A stretch of DNA of 64,000 nt from Candidatus Micrarchaeia archaeon. Lineage in GTDB: Archaea > Micrarchaeota > Micrarchaeia > CABMEP01. The stretch is taken from positions 17,231-81,230 of the forward strand of contig JAVZRC010000003.1 of the NCBI GenBank assembly GCA_038880755.1. Reading direction: 5' to 3'. The notes below the pieces were generated by a model that saw nothing but the letters and a program-made list of their open reading frames with translations, was not told the DNA's origin and made no database searches. Both the position numbers and the translations under genes were made by a program. This document shows, piece after piece, positions 28,250 to 36,899 of this stretch. How positions within the stretch are numbered: position 1 is the first letter of the stretch; each line of letters starts with the position of its first letter.

Positions 28250-29311
28250 TCAACCAATTATTTCAATGTCACCATAAACTGGTGATTCTGCTTTTTGCTC
28301 TTCAAGTGGTACTCCAACAACACTTGCGCCCTTTACTCCAGTTACGATTGCAACTATTTCTATCTTGCCATCGTATCCTGGGATAAGTCTTGCACCCCAC
28401 TTGACGCTTGCTGTTGAATCCATTCTTTCAGTTATTATTTCTCCTGCCTTGATTGCATCTCCTAGTGTTAGGTCGTTTCCACCAGAGATGTGGATCAAAG
28501 CACCCTTTGCTCCTTCGAAGTCAACATCAAGCAATCTGTTCTTTAGAACTCCTTCTGCAGCTGCCTGAACTTTGTTGGTTCCTCTTCCTTCACCTACTGC
28601 AATGAAACCAACATCACCTTGAGACATAATTGCTCTTACATCTGCAAAGTCAATGTTGATTAATGAAGGCTGTGTGATTGTCCAGACAAGTCCACCAATT
28701 GCTCTTGCAAGGATCTCATCTGCAACTCCGAAAGCCTCGTTCATTGGGAGATTTGGAACTAATTGAACTAATCTGTTGTTGTCAATTATAATAACACTAT
28801 CTGCATGTTTCCTAAGTGCCTGGATTCCTTCATCTGCTTTGCTTCTTCTTGCCTTTTCAAGTGCGAATGGGTAAGTAACCATAGCCACTACTATTGCACC
28901 CTGTTCTTTTGCAATTTCTGCAACAACAGGAGCAGTTCCTGTACCTGTACCTCCTCCCATACCTGCACATATGAATACTAATTGTGCGTCCTTCAATGCT
29001 CTTTCGATTAAAGGCTTGTCAATTTCTGCAGCCTTTCTTCCTACATCAACATATCCTCCAGCACCAAGACCTCTTGTTATTGATTTACCTACGAGGATCT
29101 TTTGTATTCTCTCGTCTAATGTCAGCAAGTGCTGGTTGTCGGTGTTTATTGCTATTAAATCAGCACCCTTGACACCATATTTAAGAAGTCTCTGAAGGGT
29201 GTTATTTCCTCCACCACCGCAGCCCACGACTGCGATCTTAATTCTTTCAACTGGACCAAGATTTGCCTCAGTCTCAGATTGTCCTGTAACAGATTTGATT
29301 AAGCTTTCCAT
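28250..29311 (-). CDS. ftsZ: cell division protein FtsZ, tandem paralogue A
   Basis: 353 aa. [22 protein letters not shown]. Roughly two thirds identical by eye to paralogue B over the core. Confidence 0.9.
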   Translation of the reverse strand: MESLIKSVTGQSETEANLGPVERIKIAVVGCGGGGNNTLQRLLKYGVKGADLIAINTDNQHLLTLDERIQKILVGKSITRGLGAGGYVDVGRKAAEIDKPLIERALKDAQLVFICAGMGGGTGTGTAPVVAEIAKEQGAIVVAMVTYPFALEKARRSKADEGIQALRKHADSVIIIDNNRLVQLVPNLPMNEAFGVADEILARAIGGLVWTITQPSLINIDFADVRAIMSQGDVGFIAVGEGRGTNKVQAAAEGVLKNRLLDVDFEGAKGALIHISGGNDLTLGDAIKAGEIITERMDSTASVKWGARLIPGYDGKIEIVAIVTGVKGASVVGVPLEEQKAESPVYGDIEIIG

Positions 29312-29475
29312 TACAATCGCCTCAATATTGCTATTAATATATAATATTTAAATATGTTTCTTTTTTCTTTTTTTCTTCGTCGTAAATTTTTTGAAAAATT
29401 TTCAATTTTGAAGAAAGAAAATAACCATTTTAATACATTGCAATTTTTTGACGGCTCAAAAATAAAAAGATAGTT

Positions 29476-29498
29476 TTAAAAATATTGAATTATAATTC
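29476..29498. repeat. copy 1 of a perfect 23-nt direct repeat containing the 12-bp palindrome GAATTATAATTC (29487-29498)
   Basis: TTAAAAATATTGAATTATAATTC recurs exactly 44 nt downstream. Lies in the divergent ftsZ-A / DUF134 intergenic region. Confidence 0.9.
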
Positions 29499-29519
29499 TT
29501 GTCATTATATAGAAATTTA

Positions 29520-29542
29520 TTAAAAATATTGAATTATAATTC
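29520..29542. repeat. copy 2 of the 23-nt direct repeat (palindrome at 29531-29542)
   Basis: Identical to 29476-29498. A partial third copy, AAAATATTG, is at 29569-29577. Confidence 0.9.
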
Positions 29543-29595
29543 ATTTAATTTGCATATTATGTGCTGTCAAAATATTGTTAACAACGAGTGATATA

Positions 29596-29877
29596 ATGCC
29601 AAAAAAGAGAAAATATAGGAAGATAGGTTCGGTTCCTAATGTAAGAATATTCAAGCCATTTGGAAATAAAGTAAATCATTTAGATGAGATCGTATTAACA
29701 ATCGATGAATTCGAAGCACTAAGACTTGGCGAATTAAACAATCTTAAACAGAAACAAGCAGCAAATAGAATGTGGATTTCTCAATCTACTTTCAATCGTC
29801 TTCTTAAATCAGCTAGAAAAAAGATTGCTTTGGCAATTATAGCGGGAAAACAAATTAGAATCGAATCAAGCAAATAA
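29596..29877 (+). CDS. DUF134 (UPF0251) small HTH DNA-binding protein
   Basis: MPKKRKYRKIG..P....FKP.G......I.LT.DEFEALRL.......Q..AA..M.ISQSTF.R.L..ARKKIA.A is the DUF134 pattern. ATG at 29596 (track ORF starts at TTG 29575). Confidence 0.7.
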   Translation: MPKKRKYRKIGSVPNVRIFKPFGNKVNHLDEIVLTIDEFEALRLGELNNLKQKQAANRMWISQSTFNRLLKSARKKIALAIIAGKQIRIESSK

Positions 29878-29901
29878 ACAAAACGTAAATGAATTTAGTC
29901 A

Positions 29902-31047
29902 TCAGATTATTTCTTCGATATTTCCGTCTGCAGCTTTTTCAATCCTTTCCATTATTGCTCTTCCTATTCCGAATTCATAAACTCCTTCAATTAAGATAAC
30001 ATCGAAATTATTTTTATCAGCATTTCTCAACTCTTTAAATAGACAACGGGCCATTTGAATATGGTTTTCATACTCTGTGATGTTTCCTAATTTAGAAAAT
30101 TCTTTCTTCATTTTTTCAGGTATTGGTTCTGAGAATATTATCTTTACTTTTTTCTTTTTATTGGATAATTTTTCTGCAGCATATGCCATATTTATTATTG
30201 TTTTCATCCTTCCATCCTTTCTTCTTCCTATGAATACCTTTGCATCTGGAGAATAGTGTTTATATTTCATACCGGGAGAAAGAAGTTTTTCGCAGTTCTT
30301 TTTGCAGATTTCAATATTCTTCTTTAGTTCTTCTTCTATTTGTTCTTTTGTTATGTACCCTTCTCTTAAAATAGTATATGGTTCAGACACCATATTAATT
30401 ACAGTTGATTCGATACCTATCTTACATTGGCCACCATCTATAATTAATGGAACCTTTCCTTGAAGATCAGAAAACGCATCCTTTGCATTAGTAGCACTCG
30501 GTTTTCCTGAAAGGTTTGCAGAAGGAGCAGCTATAGGAAATCCTGATGTTTTGATTATATCTAATGCAACAGAGTGATTCGGCATTCTTATCGCAATAGT
30601 ATCTAATCCTGCAGTTGTTATCTCTGGTACTAAAGTATTTTTCTTTAATATCAAAGTTAAAGGTCCGGGCCAAAATTTATTCATTAGTTTATTAGCATCT
30701 TCACTTATCTCTTCAACTAAGAATTTTAACATTTCTAAAGATGATATATGAACGATTAATGGATTGTCTTTGGGTCTGTTTTTTATTTTAAATATCTTGG
30801 AAACAGCGCTAGAGTCAAATGCATTTGCACCTAAGCCATAAACAGTTTCGGTTGGAAACACTATAACCTCTCCAGAATTTAGTAATGATGAAACTTCTTC
30901 TATTATTCTTTTATATTCATGTGCATGTAGTTTTCTTACATCGATTATTTTAGTGTTGATAATCTGTTCTTCTTTTGGATTGAGAATTCGATTATTTTTA
31001 TTTTTTTCTTTTGCTTCTTTCTCTTTTTTATTTCCTTTCAAATCCAT
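29902..31047 (-). CDS. sua5: L-threonylcarbamoyladenylate synthase Sua5 (YrdC domain plus Sua5 C-domain)
   Basis: 381 aa. VIVFPTETVYGLGANAF, KNRP.DNPLIVH, SANLSGKPS, plus a C-terminal Sua5 domain. Lys-rich N-terminal extension of ~45 aa. Confidence 0.85.
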   Translation of the reverse strand: MDLKGNKKEKEAKEKNKNNRILNPKEEQIINTKIIDVRKLHAHEYKRIIEEVSSLLNSGEVIVFPTETVYGLGANAFDSSAVSKIFKIKNRPKDNPLIVHISSLEMLKFLVEEISEDANKLMNKFWPGPLTLILKKNTLVPEITTAGLDTIAIRMPNHSVALDIIKTSGFPIAAPSANLSGKPSATNAKDAFSDLQGKVPLIIDGGQCKIGIESTVINMVSEPYTILREGYITKEQIEEELKKNIEICKKNCEKLLSPGMKYKHYSPDAKVFIGRRKDGRMKTIINMAYAAEKLSNKKKKVKIIFSEPIPEKMKKEFSKLGNITEYENHIQMARCLFKELRNADKNNFDVILIEGVYEFGIGRAIMERIEKAADGNIEEII

Positions 31048-31151
31048 AATCTACACCATATAATAACCAACAGAACTAATTTTGGCTTAAAATTTAACGA
31101 AATTTTTCTTTATATATTTAACGATTTTTTAATGCAAATGTAAAATGAGAT

Positions 31152-32081
31152 CTAAACCTTGATTTTTCCAATTATTCTCATCTTTCCTTCTGGCCTTAGT
31201 AAAAGATACTCATTTCCAGGAATGATTACAATATCTTTATCTGATTTAAGTTTTATCTTTCCATCTGAAACACTTACAACATCAACCTGTCTGTATTGAA
31301 GATGTGCAGCGATAAATATTTTGCTGTTTTCTTTTACTTCTTCTGTGTAATACTTATTCTTTATGAAATCGCCTTCTATTTCCTTTGCAGATTTTAATTC
31401 CTGCTTTGAAAATAAATGCCCTCGTTCTACCTCTTCAACGCTGACTCCTTTTAGTGCCAAGCCAACTCTTTCTCCTATTTCAGCGGATTTTACGTCTTTA
31501 TCATGGACTTGTATGGATCGAATAGTTACTTTTTTTCCTCCAGGATATATCCCGAATTCATCATGGACATTTACATTCCCTCTTGCCACGCCAAGAACGA
31601 CAGTTCCAACGCTTTTAACGTCGAAAGCGGCATCGATTATTACATGTTCTATTTCTGATTTTTTATTTTCAAATTTTGCAATTCTTGGATATATTTCAGA
31701 TGGAACCTTATCTACAATTATGAACGATTCAAGCACAGTTCCTCTCACTAAATTTACAAATTTGTCTTTTTCGACATAGTCATCAAATATAATCAATCCT
31801 TTGTTTATTCCTAAAAGGTCAAGCGCTATTATGTATTCTCCCAATTCTTTATCTAATTTTTTAACAACTAAAATCGCTGCATCCGCCATTGCCAAGCAGT
31901 GAGTTAGTGATTGAAGCTTTTCTGGATAGCTTGTAGGAACTAAGAAAGTTGCAGTTAGTTCTCCGCCTTGCATGTCACTTCCTTTGTAATTATATATCGT
32001 AAAATCAGTAACAGTTCCTTTTTTTCCAAGTTCTTTTGCAAATTCGTTGTCTCCTAAAATTACGACATTTATATTCTTCAT
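31152..32081 (-). CDS. EF-Tu/SelB-like protein with degenerate G domain
   Basis: 309 aa. A clear EF-Tu domain-2 beta-barrel (FDVKSVGTVVLGVARGNVNVHDE..YPGGKKVTIRSIQVHD..V..A..GERVGLALKGV). The N-terminal domain has GDNEFAKELGKKGT where the P-loop GHVDHGKT should be, and there is no DxxG or NKxD. Confidence 0.6.
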   Translation of the reverse strand: MKNINVVILGDNEFAKELGKKGTVTDFTIYNYKGSDMQGGELTATFLVPTSYPEKLQSLTHCLAMADAAILVVKKLDKELGEYIIALDLLGINKGLIIFDDYVEKDKFVNLVRGTVLESFIIVDKVPSEIYPRIAKFENKKSEIEHVIIDAAFDVKSVGTVVLGVARGNVNVHDEFGIYPGGKKVTIRSIQVHDKDVKSAEIGERVGLALKGVSVEEVERGHLFSKQELKSAKEIEGDFIKNKYYTEEVKENSKIFIAAHLQYRQVDVVSVSDGKIKLKSDKDIVIIPGNEYLLLRPEGKMRIIGKIKV

Positions 32082-32182
32082 TTTTTACACCGCTATAATT
32101 TTATACAATAAATAATTAGTATAATTATAATTAAAATATAATATTTATAATATTTAGCAGGCTAATTTTTCCAGTTGATCAA

Positions 32183-32902
32183 ATGTCTAAATTTGTAAGA
32201 CTACATAGGTTTTCTAATATTTCCACTTCACAACTTTGGTCTTTTACGATAGCTGCAAGAAAGATGCCTAAAGGATTTTATCAGCTTAATCCAATTTCGT
32301 TTGTTAAAGAGAATGAAGGAGAAATGTTTATTTTTGAAAAGGATTTAGAAAAATTTTCTAAATCTATTCCAACTGAAGTTCAAAATACATTGATTCAAAA
32401 TTTCTTTTCAGAATGGTTTAAATCTTACGAATTAGCAAAAATTTCAATTAATGATCTTAATGGACTTTCCTTTTCTTCTCTTTCTAATGAAGTTCTTTAC
32501 AAAATTTATTCTATAATAAGTATGCAAAGCAGCGACGTTTCAAAAATTATTTTCTTTTCAAAGGTATTGGAGGTAACAAATAAAGATATGCATTCGAAAT
32601 TGAGGACCCTTCTTTCAAATAGATCAATATCCGATGAAGAGATCCTTTCTCTTTCTTTGAATTTATTTAATGACAAACTATTTGAAGAGATAGGAAAACG
32701 AATATACAAGAATGAAAAAGAAATATTATTGATGTCTCCAGAAGAGTTTCATTCCGCTCTCTATGGTGGTGTTTTTGACGATGAAGAAATCGAAGAAAGA
32801 AAAACAAATTACATAATGGTTTATGATCTTGAAAAGGATGCGCCACATATTTATAGCGGAGAAAAAGCAAGGGCAATGGAAGCCTCTTTATTAAAAAGTT
32901 AA
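32183..32902 (+). CDS. hypothetical protein
   Basis: 239-aa ORF with coding-like composition. No motif I can recognise. Confidence 0.4.
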   Translation: MSKFVRLHRFSNISTSQLWSFTIAARKMPKGFYQLNPISFVKENEGEMFIFEKDLEKFSKSIPTEVQNTLIQNFFSEWFKSYELAKISINDLNGLSFSSLSNEVLYKIYSIISMQSSDVSKIIFFSKVLEVTNKDMHSKLRTLLSNRSISDEEILSLSLNLFNDKLFEEIGKRIYKNEKEILLMSPEEFHSALYGGVFDDEEIEERKTNYIMVYDLEKDAPHIYSGEKARAMEASLLKS

Positions 32903-32931
32903 ATATAATTTGCATATTTCAAGGTGGTAAT

Positions 32932-33216
32932 ATGATGTCTGAAATACCTATAAACTTGGATAAAGTGAATAAGAAAGATATAGATAAAGAGATTTTAAGA
33001 GCAGGAATAATTGCAGAACTTGATGCAATTAATCTATATGAGCAAATGGCGGCATTGGCTCAAGATAAAAACATAAAAGCTATGCTTCTTGATATTGCAA
33101 AAGAAGAGAAGACTCATGTCGGCGAGTTTCAAAGGCTTCTTTTGAATAGAGATAAGCAACAGGTGGAAGAATTAGAAAAAGGAAAGGAAGAAGTAATGAA
33201 AGAAGTAGGGGAATGA
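32932..33216 (+). CDS. two-helix ferritin-like protein (EncFtn / rubrerythrin-type half-ferritin)
   Basis: 94 aa. IAELDAINLYEQM ... DIAKEEKTHVGEF resembles the E..A...Y.Q / EE..H di-iron half-site of encapsulated-ferritin-like proteins. GGTGG lies upstream of the ATG. Confidence 0.55.
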   Translation: MMSEIPINLDKVNKKDIDKEILRAGIIAELDAINLYEQMAALAQDKNIKAMLLDIAKEEKTHVGEFQRLLLNRDKQQVEELEKGKEEVMKEVGE

Positions 33217-33219
33217 ATG

Positions 33220-33579
33220 CTATTCTTTCAATGCTTTTTTTACTTCTTTTATCAAATCTGTATGTATGGATGTTTTAGGTAGAACTCTAACCGGAAAATA
33301 TTTTGCTGCAAATTCTCTTTCTATTTCAAATGGCATTCCTATTGCAGTCACTACTATTACTGGTTTATTCAATTTCATTTTTTTGAATTCAGCCATTACC
33401 TCTCTTCCAGACATTATCGGCATCATGATGTCTAAAAGTATAAGGTCATAATTTTTTGCCTTTTTGATTCCTTCTTTCGGATTCAATGAATAGTCTGCTT
33501 TATATCCATTCATTTCTAAAAGCATCTTAACACTTTCCGCAACATCGATTTCATCTTCTATTATTAATATTTTTTTCAT
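33220..33579 (-). CDS. stand-alone response regulator receiver (CheY-like)
   Basis: 119 aa. ILIIEDE, DLILLDIMMP (phospho-acceptor Asp), VIVVTA, K near the C-terminus. Confidence 0.85.
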   Translation of the reverse strand: MKKILIIEDEIDVAESVKMLLEMNGYKADYSLNPKEGIKKAKNYDLILLDIMMPIMSGREVMAEFKKMKLNKPVIVVTAIGMPFEIEREFAAKYFPVRVLPKTSIHTDLIKEVKKALKE

Positions 33580-33592
33580 TTTATCACCATTA

Positions 33593-36500
33593 CTATTCCC
33601 TTGGAAGAATTATCTCAAATCTAGTACCTTTTCCTTTTTCACTTTTTACGTTTATCTCCCCTTTGTGTTTATCAACAATTTCTTTAACAATTGTTAAACC
33701 AATTCCTGTGCCCGGTGAATTTGGATCTGCCTTATAAAATTTTTCAAAAATATGGGATTTTTCTTCTTCTGTCATTCCAATTCCAGTATCTTCTACAGCA
33801 ATCATAAATTTATGGTCGAAGGATTTGGTTTCTATTTTTATTTCCCCTTTATCAGTAAATTTAACAGCATTGCTCATAAGATTTGATAACATCAATGAAA
33901 CCAAATTTTTATCTATCATAGCTACTATTGGTTCCAATTCCCTTTTAATAACTATTCCTTTTTTATTTGCTAGCGGAGAGTACTCTTCATAAATTTCATT
34001 GATCAAATCATTTATTATTGTTCTTTCTTTATTTAGAGCCACTGAACTTAATCTAGTTAAATTTAATATCTGATCTATAGAGTTCTTTAACCTTTCACCA
34101 CTTCTTTGCAGCATTTCAATCATTTTAAGCCATTCTTTTTCCTTTCCAATTGGTGCCATTTGCTTTAGCATTTCTAAATTCGTTAATATAACTGAGGTTG
34201 GTGTTTTAAGTTCGTGCGTCATATTTCTTATAAATTCATCTTTTGTTTCTTCTAATCTTTCAATCTGCTGCAATTTTTCATTTAGCTCTTTAGTTTTGTT
34301 TTTTACTTCTTTTTCCAATTCTATCCTGTAGGTTTGCTCTAAATTTTCTTTTTCTTTTCTTTCACTTATGTCGTGAAGCATAATGTATACTTTATTTAAC
34401 TTATTTTTTATTAATTCTCCTTGAGCTAGGATTTCAACATCGTATTTTTTACCATTTAAACTTATCTTTATGTCATCGTGATAACTTCCATTTTTTTTGA
34501 CTTCAGAAATCATTTTTTTAATAAGTTTTTTATCTGAGTAAATATCAAAAATATTCTTTCCGATCAGTTCAGTTGTTTTTAACCCATATCTCTCAATAGA
34601 AGGAGTTATTAATTCAACGTTTAGCTTATCATTTAATTCAAAATATATGTCGTTTATGTTTTGGAATACTGTTCTATATCTTTTTTCAGATTCAGTTATA
34701 ATATCTATCATTTCTTTTTCTTTCGTTATGTCACGATATACAATAATAAGATCGCCTGTTTTAATTTTAAAAACATAGTAATCACGCCATCCTTTTCGTA
34801 CTGGATCACTGTAATATATGTTTTTAATTTGTGTTTTTTTACCTGTTTTGAGTGTCTGTCGAAGCTGTTTTAATAATCCTATTTTTTTAACTCCCGGAAA
34901 AACTTTTGCGATGTTCTTTCCTATTACTTCTTCTTTTTTAACTTTGCTTATTTCAGTGGCTCTTTCGTTTATTTCTTTAATAATGAAGTATCTTCCATTT
35001 TTAATAGGGGTTAAAACAATTATGCCATCACTGATATTCTCAAATATATTAAAGTAAAGTTCTTCTCTTTCTTTTAATTTTTCTTCCATTAATTTTCTTT
35101 GTCTTATATCTCTTAGAATCGCTATTAATTTTATTTCATTTCCTATAGTAAATTTATTCAATGTTAATTCAATTGGAATGTGCTCTCTTTTTGTTCTAAT
35201 CTCTACTTCAACTGTTTTTCCGATTAGAGGTGATTCTCCTGTCTTCTTAAAAATATTTAATCTATTCAATCGATATTCTTTGTCTGAAAGTATAGAATGA
35301 ATACCTTCTCCTTTTATCTTTTCTAACTGATAGCCTGTTAGTTTTTCAAATGCTTTATTCACATATTCGAATCTAAGATTTCTATCTCCAACTACGATTG
35401 CATCTACACTAGCATCGAAAACGCTTTTTAAATATTCATTGTCTTTTTTAATTTCGTCTAACAATTCCTGCTCTTTAGTTCGGTTTATGTGGTTTGCAAA
35501 AAAGTAAGAAGGCTTGCCTTTTTCAAAAACAGTATCAATTATTAATCTAACTGGAATATGATTTCCATATTTATCTTTGTTGATGATGTTTCCTTCCCAG
35601 TGACCTTTTCTTTTGTCTAAAATAGATTTCCACATTTCTTTATAGGTTTTTAATGGAGTCAATCCAGATTTTAATATTTTTGGATTTTTACCAATTACTT
35701 CTTTTTCATCATATCCATAAAGATCAGTGAAAGCAGAATTAATGCGCATTATAACTGGCTCATTATTTTCATATTTTACTAAAAGTCTTGAAATTGCACT
35801 CAATGTGAATCCTTTTTTTAATAATTTTAATTCTTCAATTTTTCTTTTTTCAGATTCTTCGAGTTCTTTTTTGTAAATCATTTGGCTGACTTGTGAAGCT
35901 AAATCTTTGACCAATTTAATTATATATTTGTTTATTAAAACATCACTTCTGAAATGTATGGTTAAGATTCCGTAGAATTCGTTTCTTATTTTTATCGGAT
36001 ATAATGCAGCAGAATGGCTGCTTGTTCTTTCTTTATGTTGCCTGTACTTTCCTTTTGAAATATCTGTAATGACAAATCCCTTTTTCTTAACTTTCTTAAT
36101 CAATTCATCATTATAAAAATCTAAAATCTCCTCTTTCGTTTGATCGATTGAAGAATAGAAATAAAGTTCCTTGCTTTTTTCATGAATTCTTAAAAGATGG
36201 ATGCAACCTAAATATTTATTTTTATAAATTTCTTGAACAACTGCATTTAATATTTTTTCTTCTATATGTGGCTTATTTACAATTACATGGACATCCAGTA
36301 AGGTTCTGAGTAGTTCATTTGCTACTTTTATTTCTTCAGTTTTCCTTAGCTCTTCAGTTATTTCATTTAAAATCAGCATGACTCCAACAACTTTCTTCCT
36401 TTCATCCGTTATTGGGTTACAGATGGTTATAAATTTTCTTTTTTTACCCCCTATCATTAATTCCAAATGTTTTTTTCCTTCTTTGCCTTTCACAGCATTT

Positions 36501-36685
36501 AGAAACAAACGTTGTACTTCATTATTTTCAATTTCTTTAATTATTAAAAAAGGAATTTTTTTCATCAATTCGTTCTTGAAAATAAAGTTTCCTTTTAAAT
36601 CCAAAATTGCAATATTTACTGGGAAATTTCTGATTATTCTTTTCATTAATGGTGTTATGATTTGTTTTGCACTTGCTGTTTCCAT
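33593..36685 (-). CDS. multi-PAS/GAF sensor histidine kinase
   Basis: 1030 aa. H-box FIRNMTHELKTPTS; N, G1 and G2 boxes (NAVKFT, EDTGIGM, GTGIGL). Several PAS-like repeats (SAFTDLYGY.. / KAFEKLTGY..). Sits 13 nt upstream of the receiver gene. Confidence 0.85.
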   Translation of the reverse strand: METASAKQIITPLMKRIIRNFPVNIAILDLKGNFIFKNELMKKIPFLIIKEIENNEVQRLFLNAVKGKEGKKHLELMIGGKKRKFITICNPITDERKKVVGVMLILNEITEELRKTEEIKVANELLRTLLDVHVIVNKPHIEEKILNAVVQEIYKNKYLGCIHLLRIHEKSKELYFYSSIDQTKEEILDFYNDELIKKVKKKGFVITDISKGKYRQHKERTSSHSAALYPIKIRNEFYGILTIHFRSDVLINKYIIKLVKDLASQVSQMIYKKELEESEKRKIEELKLLKKGFTLSAISRLLVKYENNEPVIMRINSAFTDLYGYDEKEVIGKNPKILKSGLTPLKTYKEMWKSILDKRKGHWEGNIINKDKYGNHIPVRLIIDTVFEKGKPSYFFANHINRTKEQELLDEIKKDNEYLKSVFDASVDAIVVGDRNLRFEYVNKAFEKLTGYQLEKIKGEGIHSILSDKEYRLNRLNIFKKTGESPLIGKTVEVEIRTKREHIPIELTLNKFTIGNEIKLIAILRDIRQRKLMEEKLKEREELYFNIFENISDGIIVLTPIKNGRYFIIKEINERATEISKVKKEEVIGKNIAKVFPGVKKIGLLKQLRQTLKTGKKTQIKNIYYSDPVRKGWRDYYVFKIKTGDLIIVYRDITKEKEMIDIITESEKRYRTVFQNINDIYFELNDKLNVELITPSIERYGLKTTELIGKNIFDIYSDKKLIKKMISEVKKNGSYHDDIKISLNGKKYDVEILAQGELIKNKLNKVYIMLHDISERKEKENLEQTYRIELEKEVKNKTKELNEKLQQIERLEETKDEFIRNMTHELKTPTSVILTNLEMLKQMAPIGKEKEWLKMIEMLQRSGERLKNSIDQILNLTRLSSVALNKERTIINDLINEIYEEYSPLANKKGIVIKRELEPIVAMIDKNLVSLMLSNLMSNAVKFTDKGEIKIETKSFDHKFMIAVEDTGIGMTEEEKSHIFEKFYKADPNSPGTGIGLTIVKEIVDKHKGEINVKSEKGKGTRFEIILPRE

Positions 36686-36728
36686 GATTTATTTTTTATA
36701 TAGTATATTTTTAAATTTATTTAATCAG

Positions 36729-36839
36729 GGCCGCAGAGGGGAATCGAACCCCTGCTTGGAGGTTTCTGCATCTTCGATGAAACTTTCTTTTAGAAAGTTC
36801 CTCCACAGCCTCCCGTCCTGCCATTAGACGACCGCGGCC
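36729..36839 (-). tRNA. tRNA-His(GUG) with encoded G-1 and a ~39-nt intron at 37/38 (intron ~36764-36802)
   Basis: Hand fold on the minus strand: G-1, acceptor GCCGCGG/CTGCGGC, discriminator C73 opposite G-1, D arm GTCT-AATGGCA-GGAC, anticodon stem GGAGG/CCTCC, loop CT-GTG-G|intron|A, T arm AGGGG-TTCGATT-CCCCT. Confidence 0.85.
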
Positions 36840-36899
36840 ATATTTTCTAACTTCAATATTTTCTAAAACTAAATTATATTGCTTTTAAAAGATATAAAC

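Noticed and set aside
29476-29542. Direct repeats considered as a minimal CRISPR array
   Set aside because: Only two full copies, AT-only sequence, a 21-nt spacer between them, and no cas genes. A promoter or operator duplication is the better reading (reported as a finding).
36378-36827. 149-aa plus-strand ORF
   Set aside because: Antisense to the 5' end of the histidine kinase gene and running through tRNA-His. Its F/I/L-rich composition is typical of antisense frames of K/E-rich genes.
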